30,124 nucleotides of DNA from Immundisolibacteraceae bacterium (lineage in GTDB: Bacteria > Pseudomonadota > Gammaproteobacteria > Immundisolibacterales > Immundisolibacteraceae), in NCBI GenBank assembly GCA_016763355.1, contig JAESTY010000294.1, positions 1 through 30,124 on the forward strand, given 5' to 3'. A program made the translations under genes and the position numbers. The notes beneath the pieces are model-generated. The model was not told where the DNA came from. It did not search any database and saw only the letters and a list, made by a program, of their open reading frames with translations. Below, in pieces: positions 1 through 7,237 of this stretch; within the stretch, counting starts at the first letter, position 1, and each line of letters opens with the position of its first letter.

Positions 1-56
1 AACCCAACGGCTATGAGCACCGGCGATAGAGACCTTAAAACCTTTGAGCTGTTCAT
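1..56 (-). CDS. 5' part of an ORF running off the window (MNSSKVLRSLSPVLIAVG...), hydrophobic N-terminus; possible membrane or lysis accessory protein
   Basis: Manual translation; ATG overlaps the TAA of the upstream 34-aa ORF (TAATG coupling). Only 18 codons visible. Confidence 0.45.
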   Translation of the reverse strand, partial: MNSSKVLRSLSPVLIAVG

Positions 57-160
57 TAGCTTGACCGGCTCTTTTTTGATTTAACTCTGGTTTTCGTTGG
101 AGGCTTAATTCGCTGAGTCTTCTTTTTCCGTGGTGGCAACGTGCCTTCTGTTCCAGCCAT
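56..160 (-). CDS. 34-aa highly basic peptide (MAGTEGTLPPRKKKTQRIKPPTKTRVKSKKSRSS)
   Basis: Manual translation, below the ORF-track cutoff; 12 K/R and 1 acidic residue; upstream promoter-like sequence; coupled to the next ORF. Confidence 0.55.
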   Translation of the reverse strand: MAGTEGTLPPRKKKTQRIKPPTKTRVKSKKSRSS

Positions 161-193
161 GATGATCGCCCTGTGGTTAGTTAATAAAGTTTA

Positions 194-223
194 ATTGTAT
201 CGCCTAAGTGGTGCGCTAGTCAA
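194..223 (-). promoter_or_regulatory. sigma70-like promoter TTGACT-N18-TACAAT
   Basis: Reverse complement gives TTGACT at 223-218 and TACAAT at 199-194; intergenic and facing the ORF that starts at 160. Confidence 0.55.
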
Positions 224-231
224 TTATGGTG

Positions 232-624
232 CTATTCGTCAAGCTCAAAGTGCGGCATATCTTGCCAACTTTTCCATAAGCCTCCCCATTTAAGCTTGTA
301 TCCCAGCTCGCTAGCAGCCTGCAACATGGCACAGGCAACCATCGATAAATGATATTCATCCCAACTAGCTTTGCCATCAACGTAGGCGTAAACGTCCAAG
401 GCAATGCCTTTCTGGTGGTTAGATATGTTGTCTAATCCGTCGCATTTAGATTTTTTATCAACGAATAGACTAAGCTGAACCTTTCGCGATCGCCTACCAC
501 CATGCTTAGGTATGCCAAAATCAACTCTAGATATCTGGATGGCTCTATTGGCTATCCGAATTAACCTAGCGTCAACGCCTGACATTCTTATTCTTGATGA
601 ATCGCTGAACTTGAAGTTGTTCAT
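232..624 (-). CDS. Endolysin, peptidase M15 family (L-Ala-D-Glu peptidase-like, T5 lysin type)
   Basis: Zn-binding motifs SNHQKGIALD (SxHxxGxAxD) and WGGLW...DMPHFEL; typical size. Confidence 0.9.
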   Translation of the reverse strand: MNNFKFSDSSRIRMSGVDARLIRIANRAIQISRVDFGIPKHGGRRSRKVQLSLFVDKKSKCDGLDNISNHQKGIALDVYAYVDGKASWDEYHLSMVACAMLQAASELGYKLKWGGLWKSWQDMPHFELDE

Positions 625-671
625 TGGTTATCCTTAGCCAACTAACCTGAGCTAGCTGGCGTTGTTGGTTG

Positions 672-1043
672 TTATCCGCGCTGACCGCCGTAGCCACCTT
701 GTTGAGGTGCTTGCTGCTGCTGTTGACCACCGAAACCGCCTTGTTGCTGTGGCGCTGCTTGTTGCTGGTTAAAGCCGCCCTGTTGAGGTGCCGCCTGTTG
801 GTAGCCGCCTTGTTGCTGGCCTTGCTTGTTATTGTCAGCCTCAAAGAATGAAACGATCACGCTGTCTTTGTTGTCAGGATTTGGAACACCTGCCGCATTG
901 AATGTGCGCTTTAGAATTAAGAACATTCCGTTTTCGCCCTGCATGATAGAACCAACGTTTTCGTAACGCCCCTTAACTTCATTGTTACCGTTAGTGTATT
1001 CGCCCGTTTTGACTACTGCGTCAAATAATTTTGTAGCTGCCAT
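672..1043 (-). CDS. Putative single-stranded DNA-binding protein with Gln/Gly-rich low-complexity C-terminal tail
   Basis: About 70-aa beta-rich N-domain (GEYTNGNNEVKGRYENVG) plus QQGGY/QQGGF repeats; lies in the RecT/Exo operon. SSB function is inferred. Confidence 0.55.
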   Translation of the reverse strand: MAATKLFDAVVKTGEYTNGNNEVKGRYENVGSIMQGENGMFLILKRTFNAAGVPNPDNKDSVIVSFFEADNNKQGQQQGGYQQAAPQQGGFNQQQAAPQQQGGFGGQQQQQAPQQGGYGGQRG

Positions 1044-1077
1044 TATCTTTCCTTTGGTTTGATTGTTTACTGGTTAA

Positions 1078-1095
1078 GCCGCCTATGTGGGCGGC
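1078..1095. terminator. GC-rich hairpin GCCGCC-tatgtg-GGCGGC
   Basis: Perfect 6-bp stem, intergenic; U-tract weak on both strands. Confidence 0.45.
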
Positions 1096-1104
1096 GTGAA
1101 TTTG

Positions 1105-1524
1105 TTATTTATTTGTCGCCTGCCATTCTTTTAACTCGACAATGCTAATCTTGCTTAACTTCCACTGATCGCCTGTTAGGGTTGGCAATTTGATTGGTGA
1201 CTTATGTCCAGTATTTGCATTGTGGATAAACCAGTAGCCAGCCATATTACATTCAATGTAAACGGTGTCATCAGTAAATAAATCAGCATCAGGCAGATAT
1301 TCAAGCCATGGGCGAGGGTCAATTTTGGATACCAAATAAGGGCGACTTCCGCAGTCACGCTCCACAAACGATCCGTCACACCGTTTAAAAGTTTCGTGGT
1401 AATCCCCAGCGGGGTACTTACCAATAGTCACAACATCCAACGAGCCCATTATAACAATGGAATGCACTATGCCGCCGCTATCAACAAACTCATCCCCAAC
1501 TTCCGCGTATGTTAAATCAATCAT
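1105..1524 (-). CDS. Hypothetical phage protein (139 aa)
   Basis: ORF with AAGGA RBS, directly downstream of box promoter A. Confidence 0.75.
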   Translation of the reverse strand: MIDLTYAEVGDEFVDSGGIVHSIVIMGSLDVVTIGKYPAGDYHETFKRCDGSFVERDCGSRPYLVSKIDPRPWLEYLPDADLFTDDTVYIECNMAGYWFIHNANTGHKSPIKLPTLTGDQWKLSKISIVELKEWQATNK

Positions 1525-1564
1525 TACTATTCCTTTTCATTTCGGCTTAATTGCCTTGATGCTT

Positions 1565-1603
1565 AATATACATCAGTTATCTATTTTGACTGCTCTGACC
1601 AGT
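1565..1603 (-). promoter_or_regulatory. Box promoter A: ACTGGTCAGAGCAGT-N18-TATATT
   Basis: Box 1603-1589, -10-like hexamer 1570-1565; one of 7 identically spaced copies. Confidence 0.75.
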
Positions 1604-1850
1604 GGATATGCTTCCAGTCGTGCGCCTTTATTTTCTCAACCGTTACGTTTGCTTTGTTCAGCGCAACCATTGCCCGCGCTAAATTCTGCTGCTTAACCTC
1701 TCCGCCAACTACAGCCATCGCCTCTATTTGCCCGTTTACTAGGTGATTATTAATCGCCTTAATCAATGGCTCGCTTTCAATCCTGGTGAATTCAAGGAGC
1801 AGCGCCACCCTCTCGGCGCTCTCGTTACCTGGGAGAAGTTTAATTATCAT
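1581..1850 (-). CDS. PapB/FocB-family (adhesin biosynthesis regulator-like) DNA-binding protein
   Basis: Pattern LLPGNESAERVALLLEFTRIESEPLIKAINNHLVNG...NLARAMVALN resembles PapB/FocB; likely start is ATG 1850, overlapping the exonuclease stop. Confidence 0.65.
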   Translation of the reverse strand: MIIKLLPGNESAERVALLLEFTRIESEPLIKAINNHLVNGQIEAMAVVGGEVKQQNLARAMVALNKANVTVEKIKAHDWKHIHWSEQSK

Positions 1851-2670
1851 TCCACTGCATTCCAAATGACATGCCAAGATTATCTAGCATTATGTCCATA
1901 TCTTTAATGAAGCTTGCTAACCCTTCGCGCTGTTCAGCGATCACCTTTTCGTCACGTTCGATTATTACATGGTGAAGCTTTTTGCAGTTAACGTTGCGCG
2001 GGTCAAACTTGGCGAAACCCCATTCTTTAAAGTCGGTGATCATCATTGAGAATTGGCACTGGATTATTTCCTCTGGCTTGATGTAACCATTGTGAGCAAA
2101 ATCAACCCATACGGCGCTAGACCATGGGCACTTTAATTCAAGCCCTTTTTCTTCGCCTGAAATCAAACCGTCTGGACTGCATCCTGCTCGCATTGTTTTG
2201 TCTTGATAGATAAACGCTATGCTATCGATTGTTTCAAACGTTGCCGCGCTGTATGCGTCGTTAGCTTCTTGTTCGTGGTCCTTGCCCCACTGTAGCGGCC
2301 TAGCTTTTATTTCATCAGGGAGCAATCCAGTTGCTACGCTAGCCACTAATTGACTCATGTAAGTTTGGCGAGTTGCTGACGGTATAATCGGCAATCTATT
2401 TCTAACAAAGTCTGTGCACGCTTGTTTTGTGCCAGTAAATACCTCGCCTTCAAAGCTAACTGAATTAACGCCGCGCTTATCACCTGAGATAATTTCAATG
2501 TCTTTAGGGAATGGAGCAACCGATCCTTTCATGAGCAAGATGTAAGCGTTTGACGCCGAAACAACGCCAGCTTTTGAACGGTGCCATTGGTCTGTTCCCT
2601 GCTCAATCTTCGACAAATCAAAACCAAGCGTTTCGCTATGTAGCTGCTGCTCTTCAATGAAATTTCTCAT
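1840..2670 (-). CDS. YqaJ-like / lambda-exonuclease family 5'-3' exonuclease
   Basis: WHRSKAGVVSAS, WGKDHEQEA, GCSPDGL, LELKCP, QCQFSM motifs; adjacent to recT. Confidence 0.92.
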   Translation of the reverse strand: MRNFIEEQQLHSETLGFDLSKIEQGTDQWHRSKAGVVSASNAYILLMKGSVAPFPKDIEIISGDKRGVNSVSFEGEVFTGTKQACTDFVRNRLPIIPSATRQTYMSQLVASVATGLLPDEIKARPLQWGKDHEQEANDAYSAATFETIDSIAFIYQDKTMRAGCSPDGLISGEEKGLELKCPWSSAVWVDFAHNGYIKPEEIIQCQFSMMITDFKEWGFAKFDPRNVNCKKLHHVIIERDEKVIAEQREGLASFIKDMDIMLDNLGMSFGMQWNDN

Positions 2671-3551
2671 GATTTGGCGCTCTCCATGTGTTCAATTACC
2701 TTTACCGATTCTTCGGCGGTTACATCTTCAAGTGATAAAACTTCGTGGCCTAGCTTCTTGCTTAACCATGGCAAATATTTATCTTGTGGTTTGCCGGCAA
2801 AAAGGCTGATAAGTTTATCACCGTAATTTTCGACCGGTGGCGGCGTAATATCTTTTTCAGTATTTGGATCAAATGCCATGTTCATTCCCTGCTCGCACAT
2901 CTGGACCATTTCCGATGCGTTGGGCAGTCGGCGGCATAATCGATGCGTAACAGCTTTGCAGCCCATTCGATCGTACCAGTCAACCCATGGACCAAAACCG
3001 CTTGTCTTGCTGGCTGCTTTAACCTTATCAATATCGGCCTTGGTCATTACTTCAATTAATAACTCGCCATTGGTAAGCTTGGCGTATGAGAAGCAAAGCA
3101 ATAAATTACCGCGATCACCAAACGTTGGGCGGTAGTTGTAATGCTCGCCGTTTTCGTCCATCCAATAATCGAATGCGTCATTCTCATAAACTGCCTTTGA
3201 TGCCATAGATGCTATTTGACCAGACATGCGGGCCCGCTTTATAACGCCATCAATCATCGGTAGGTATTGAGCTTTTTTAACCCAGGTGTAGGTTGTTTTA
3301 TCTTTAGTGTTGAACGTCACCAATGCCGCTTCTTTATTGTCAGGAACCAGGCCATCTCTGGCGCACATTGTTAGCGCCATAATAACAGAATCTTGATTGG
3401 CTTCGCATAGGTCTTTACTCTGGACCATGGCGATTGATGCACATCGGATAAACTGGTCGATAGTGGTGCCGCTCGGAAGCATAGCGTCGACGCCTGCCGC
3501 CATGAGTGCGCCGCTAAGTTCATTTTGTACTGTTGCTAATTCCATTTTCAT
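2667..3551 (-). CDS. recT: RecT/Red-beta family single-strand annealing recombinase
   Basis: MCARDGLVPDNKEAALV, QYLPMIDGVIKRARMSG, VYENDAF, WVDWYDRMGCKAVTHRLCRRLP; start probably ATG 3551 or 3545. Confidence 0.92.
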   Translation of the reverse strand: MKMELATVQNELSGALMAAGVDAMLPSGTTIDQFIRCASIAMVQSKDLCEANQDSVIMALTMCARDGLVPDNKEAALVTFNTKDKTTYTWVKKAQYLPMIDGVIKRARMSGQIASMASKAVYENDAFDYWMDENGEHYNYRPTFGDRGNLLLCFSYAKLTNGELLIEVMTKADIDKVKAASKTSGFGPWVDWYDRMGCKAVTHRLCRRLPNASEMVQMCEQGMNMAFDPNTEKDITPPPVENYGDKLISLFAGKPQDKYLPWLSKKLGHEVLSLEDVTAEESVKVIEHMESAKS

Positions 3552-3575
3552 TCTCGCTTGTTGTTTGATTCGGTA

Positions 3576-3614
3576 AATATACATCAGTTAACTGATTTAA
3601 CAGATTAGACCAGT
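3576..3614 (-). promoter_or_regulatory. Box promoter E: ACTGGTCTAATCTGT-N18-TATATT
   Basis: Box 3614-3600, -10-like hexamer 3581-3576; spacer contains the perfect palindrome ATCAGTTAACTGAT (3583-3596). Confidence 0.75.
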
Positions 3615-4105
3615 TGATCTCTATCGATTAACGTCACGCATTTACTTGATGATGGGCAGTGACCGCGCCAAATGAATAGCACCGAACCCTTGTTATTACC
3701 GTTGACTGGCTTTTTAGTTGCGGCATTGATGAAGCTTATGCGCCCACTAATAAAACGTACCTCGTTGCAGCTCTCGAACGCCATCTTGAACCACTTTACC
3801 GAAGTATCGGACGGAACTAGCATTACGGTTGTTGATCCCTGCTTGTGATGAAGCGCCGCGGCCTCTACCCATGGCTTAATGTTTGAGTAAGGAGGATTGC
3901 ACCAGTTGGATCCGCCCCAGGCTTGCCCAAATTTTAGCGCGTCATCTTCTTCATTCAGCCAGTCAGGGCATAGGCGATTTTCGTCACTAGCCGCAACATC
4001 ACATGTAAAATTAAACTCGTCATTTAGCTTATCGAACAGGCTTTGCGGCGTCTGCCATAGATCTTTAATATCAGCAGGCGTATTGCTTTTATGCTCGGTG
4101 CTCAT
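3605..4105 (-). CDS. dam: Phage N6-adenine DNA methyltransferase (phage Dam family)
   Basis: WQTP, DVAAS, WCNPPYS, VMLVP.DTSVKWF, GRISF motifs typical of the phage Dam family (T1/HP1 type). Confidence 0.9.
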   Translation of the reverse strand: MSTEHKSNTPADIKDLWQTPQSLFDKLNDEFNFTCDVAASDENRLCPDWLNEEDDALKFGQAWGGSNWCNPPYSNIKPWVEAAALHHKQGSTTVMLVPSDTSVKWFKMAFESCNEVRFISGRISFINAATKKPVNGNNKGSVLFIWRGHCPSSSKCVTLIDRDQLV

Positions 4106-4106
4106 T

Positions 4107-4343
4107 TCATTCTCCTAAAGTGATTTCAGTTGCAAAGCGGTCTAATATTTTAGCGTGAATTGCCTTTGCTTCTTCGGGGGTTTCGAATGTCCACACCTCG
4201 GTGTAGCATTCTTCATTATTCATTGCGGCGTAGCAAAAGTGTATTTTACCCTTTTGCATCTCTGTTTCTGGAAACCAGACACTTGCAACATTAGTTAACT
4301 GAATAGTCGTTGTTTGTTTCGGATGGCTTATAAGCATGGTCAT
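4107..4343 (-). CDS. Hypothetical protein (78 aa), first gene of the leftward operon
   Basis: ORF downstream of box promoter G, tightly spaced to dam. Confidence 0.7.
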   Translation of the reverse strand: MTMLISHPKQTTTIQLTNVASVWFPETEMQKGKIHFCYAAMNNEECYTEVWTFETPEEAKAIHAKILDRFATEITLGE

Positions 4344-4375
4344 TATTCTATTCCCGTTAGTTGTTTGATGCCGCT

Positions 4376-4414
4376 ACATTACACCCTGGATGGCTGGGAA
4401 CATATCCGACCAGT
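4376..4414 (-). promoter_or_regulatory. Box promoter G: ACTGGTCGGATATGT-N18-TAATGT
   Basis: Box 4414-4400, -10-like hexamer 4381-4376. Confidence 0.7.
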
Positions 4415-4420
4415 GGAGTG

Positions 4421-4448
4421 TTGACTTGTGTCACATTAAGAGTAACAT
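4421..4448 (+). promoter_or_regulatory. sigma70-like promoter TTGACT-N16-TAACAT for the arc-like/replication operon; spacer holds TGTGTCACA
   Basis: Direct reading; AAGGAG RBS at 4465-4470 follows. Confidence 0.65.
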
Positions 4449-4476
4449 TAACCACTCATAAATAAAGGAGCTAACA

Positions 4477-4638
4477 ATGCAAACAATACCAGTAGTAGTA
4501 AAGCCGACTAAGAGTCATAAAACAATGCGTATGGATGACAGGCTGATAATGAAGGTTCAGGAAATGGCTATAGCAGAGCGCCGAAGTTTCGGTAACATGA
4601 TCGAAGTCTTGGTTTATAAGTCAATGGAGAGTAAATAA
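4477..4638 (+). CDS. Arc/Mnt-like ribbon-helix-helix DNA-binding protein (53 aa)
   Basis: Manual translation MQTIPVVVKPTKSHKTMRMDDRLIMKVQEMAIAERRSFGNMIEVLVYKSMESK: beta strand KTMRM, helix A, RRS turn, helix B; strong RBS; TAATG overlap with the next gene. Confidence 0.75.
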   Translation: MQTIPVVVKPTKSHKTMRMDDRLIMKVQEMAIAERRSFGNMIEVLVYKSMESK

Positions 4639-4979
4639 TGATAGATGAAAACTGCGTAATCGTTAGCGACCTAGCATCATACTGTGCGCACTGCGGACAT
4701 ATTGAGCCATCAAACCTTAAGGATTTCGACGAGTCAGGATGCACTATAGGTCTAATATTTATTCATAAGGATGATTGCAACACCATGAGTGACGCAATGT
4801 CACACAGTATGTTTGTTGCATTATGGAACGCCAGAACTCACATGGAGGATAACGACGTGTTGTTGCGACGAGCATGCGAGAGTATTGACAGCGCAATGGA
4901 ACCGTTTTCTGATAAGTTTTTAAATAAAAATAGCCATTACATTAAGTGCGTAAGAGATCGAAACAAAGTCATGCACTAA
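4638..4979 (+). CDS. Hypothetical protein, weak Lar (restriction alleviation)-like pattern
   Basis: CAHCG ... HKDDC ... LWNAR pattern; coupled to the arc-like gene. Confidence 0.45.
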   Translation: MIDENCVIVSDLASYCAHCGHIEPSNLKDFDESGCTIGLIFIHKDDCNTMSDAMSHSMFVALWNARTHMEDNDVLLRRACESIDSAMEPFSDKFLNKNSHYIKCVRDRNKVMH

Positions 4980-5062
4980 CCACTCCGACCAACTTTATTA
5001 AGGTTGTAAAAAATCCCGCAGCAACGGGATAGTTAATTAACAAGATAAGAGGTAATTGTAAC

Positions 5063-5806
5063 ATGGCTAGATCAAGAAATATAAAGCCAGCATTCTTTGA
5101 TAACGATGACTTAGCCGATGTTGAGCCGTTAGGTAGATTGTTGTTTATTGGATTGTGGACGCTGGCAGATTTTAGAGGCAACCTTGAGTGGCGAGAACGT
5201 CGCATTAAAAAACAGTTGTTGGCGTATGACGATTGTGATGTTTCAAAACTCGCGATTAATCTGGATAAATCTGGATTCATACGGTTCTACTCGGACGGCG
5301 ACAAAACGTACCTGAATGTTAGTAATTTTAGCAAGCATCAAAACCCACACAAGAATGAGCGCGACAAGGGCAGTGAAATTCCAGAGTTAACAAATGACAT
5401 GCGCCAAGCCATTGATTTAAATACACTCACGATTAATCGCGATTTATCTGGATCAGAACGGAACGACTCTGATAGTAATCCTGCTGATTCCCTGATCCTG
5501 ATTCCTGATTCCAGATCCCTGATTCCTTCGTCTGGGCAGTCGGTTAAAAAACCGAAACCTGCCAAGCGGTTTGCACCGCCGACACATGAAGAAGCTTATA
5601 ACTATTTTTGTGAGAAGGGTCTTACTGATCAAAACGAGTCAGATAAATTTGTCGACTTCTACGAAATGAAAGGTTGGGTTGTCGGTAAAAGCAAAATGAA
5701 GGATTGGAAAGCAGCTGTTAGAAACTGGATGAAGAATTGCAAACCAGCACAACAGGAAGCCGATAGTTGGGATGATGACAGCTGGCACGAAAACTTAGGA
5801 ATGTAA
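5063..5806 (+). CDS. Phage replication initiator (O-like replisome organiser)
   Basis: N-terminal MARSRNIKPAFF...GRLLFIGLWTLAD domain, LIPDS linker, C-terminal FVDFYEMKGW...MKDWKAAVRNW; followed by a P-like gene. Confidence 0.85.
   Translation: MARSRNIKPAFFDNDDLADVEPLGRLLFIGLWTLADFRGNLEWRERRIKKQLLAYDDCDVSKLAINLDKSGFIRFYSDGDKTYLNVSNFSKHQNPHKNERDKGSEIPELTNDMRQAIDLNTLTINRDLSGSERNDSDSNPADSLILIPDSRSLIPSSGQSVKKPKPAKRFAPPTHEEAYNYFCEKGLTDQNESDKFVDFYEMKGWVVGKSKMKDWKAAVRNWMKNCKPAQQEADSWDDDSWHENLGM
5484..5526 (+). repeat. About six tandem CTGATTC-like heptamers within the initiator linker
   Basis: ctgattcc ctgatc ctgattc ctgattc cagatcc ctgattcc read directly. Confidence 0.7.
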
Positions 5807-5808
5807 CC

Positions 5809-6510
5809 ATGAAAGATTTAAAAGCCGTAATGAACAAGATGCAATCGAACATGCAGCAAACTCACATTGATAATCAACAGAGCGAGCTGCTTAAAAAACA
5901 AGTGTCTGATAATGCCAAGTACGTTATCGACAATCTTTTTATTGAACTCAAGTCATGTTACCCGGCGTGGAAGCAAGCGTTTGAAAATAAAGAATCGTGG
6001 TTATCTGCCAAAAAGACTTGGACCAAGGCGTTTATCGAAAATGGAATATCCAACCAACACCAGGTTTCAATAGGACTAGTCGAGGCTAGGAAAGGGACTA
6101 ATCCATTCTGGCCTAGTGCTGGTCAGTTTATTAGCTGGTGCGATGGGCCTCAAATAGACACGGACGAGGCTTTTAATCGCATGATCTCCCGCAAGAGGTG
6201 CCAATGTATTGCTGAATTTGAAACACGCACAGAATGCTCTACACGGTGCCGTAAGGAGTTGCCCGAAGATAAGGCGCGAGCGTTATTTAAGAAAGTGTTT
6301 CTTCGTCACCTTCAGCGCGTTAAAGATGGATCGCTAGTCGAACGTGATTTTAACCCGGCGCAGATAGTTAGTCCGGAGGTATTCCGCGAAACCGAAACGC
6401 CAGAGCAGCGTAACGTTAGGCTGGACGCTCAGATAATTGAAATGTTAGCGGCCGGCACTCCATTGCGTGGGCCATTTAAAAAACGTCACTTAGAAACTAA
6501 AGGTAAATAA
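5809..6510 (+). CDS. Lambda P-like replication protein (helicase loader)
   Basis: LFIELKSCYPAWKQAF, KKTWTKAFIENGI, GLVEARK...PFWPSAGQFISWC. Confidence 0.85.
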   Translation: MKDLKAVMNKMQSNMQQTHIDNQQSELLKKQVSDNAKYVIDNLFIELKSCYPAWKQAFENKESWLSAKKTWTKAFIENGISNQHQVSIGLVEARKGTNPFWPSAGQFISWCDGPQIDTDEAFNRMISRKRCQCIAEFETRTECSTRCRKELPEDKARALFKKVFLRHLQRVKDGSLVERDFNPAQIVSPEVFRETETPEQRNVRLDAQIIEMLAAGTPLRGPFKKRHLETKGK

Positions 6511-6511
6511 T

Positions 6512-7237
6512 ATGAGCAAAATTAATCTAATGCTAGGCGATTGCCTCGAGCGCATGAAGGAAATTGCAGACTGCAGTGTCGATATGATATTAACCGACCC
6601 GCCTTACGGTACCACAATGTGTAAATGGGACTCTTTGATTGATCTTGATTTGATGTGGCTGCAGCTAAAAAGAATTATCAAGCCTAGTGGCGCAATTGTG
6701 TTAATGGCTCAAACACCATTTGATAAAGTTTTGGGGTGCAGTAATTTAGAAATGCTTAGGCACGAATGGATTTGGGAAAAAACAAACGCCACCGGTTTTC
6801 TTAACGCTAAAAAAATGCCACTTAAAGCGCACGAAAACGCTTTGGTATTTTATAAGTCCCTACCGGTGTATAACCCGCAATTTACCCATGGCCACGAAAG
6901 GAAAACAGCAAAGCGCAAAACCGTTAATTCAGAGTGCTATGGCAAGGCGTTAAACCTTACAGATTACGATTCAACAAGTCGGTACCCAAGGAGTGTAATT
7001 AAATTTCAAAGCGACAAGCAAAAACAAAACCTTCACCCAACACAAAAACCAGTCGCGCTAATGGAGTACTTAATAAAAACCTACACCAACGAAAATGAAA
7101 CAGTACTCGACTTCACAATGGGAAGCGGTACCACTGGTGTTGCCGCTAAAAACCTGCAGCGTGATTTTATTGGCATCGAAATGGATAAAGGTTATTTTAA
7201 TGTTGCCAAGGAAAGGATTAATAAACATGGATGCTAG
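6512..7237 (+). CDS. DNA methyltransferase, N6/N4 (beta class)
   Basis: Catalytic ILTDPPY N-terminal, HPTQKP, SAM-binding VLDFTMGSGTTG C-terminal. Confidence 0.93.
   Translation: MSKINLMLGDCLERMKEIADCSVDMILTDPPYGTTMCKWDSLIDLDLMWLQLKRIIKPSGAIVLMAQTPFDKVLGCSNLEMLRHEWIWEKTNATGFLNAKKMPLKAHENALVFYKSLPVYNPQFTHGHERKTAKRKTVNSECYGKALNLTDYDSTSRYPRSVIKFQSDKQKQNLHPTQKPVALMEYLIKTYTNENETVLDFTMGSGTTGVAAKNLQRDFIGIEMDKGYFNVAKERINKHGC

Noticed and set aside
205-222. AGTGGTGCGCTAGTC resembling the 15-bp box
   Set aside because: Only the first 6 nt match; it lacks the invariant A10 and terminal GT, and has no -10 at 18 nt.
572-851. ORFs 572-844 (-) and 669-851 (+) with striking repetitive, Leu-rich translations
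   Set aside because: Alternate-frame and antisense shadows of the CAA/CAG-rich tail of the SSB-like gene.
3606-3634. TAGACC-N17-TAACGT on the plus strand, a possible antisense promoter into dam from box E
   Set aside because: The -10 matches only 3/6; this level of match is expected by chance.
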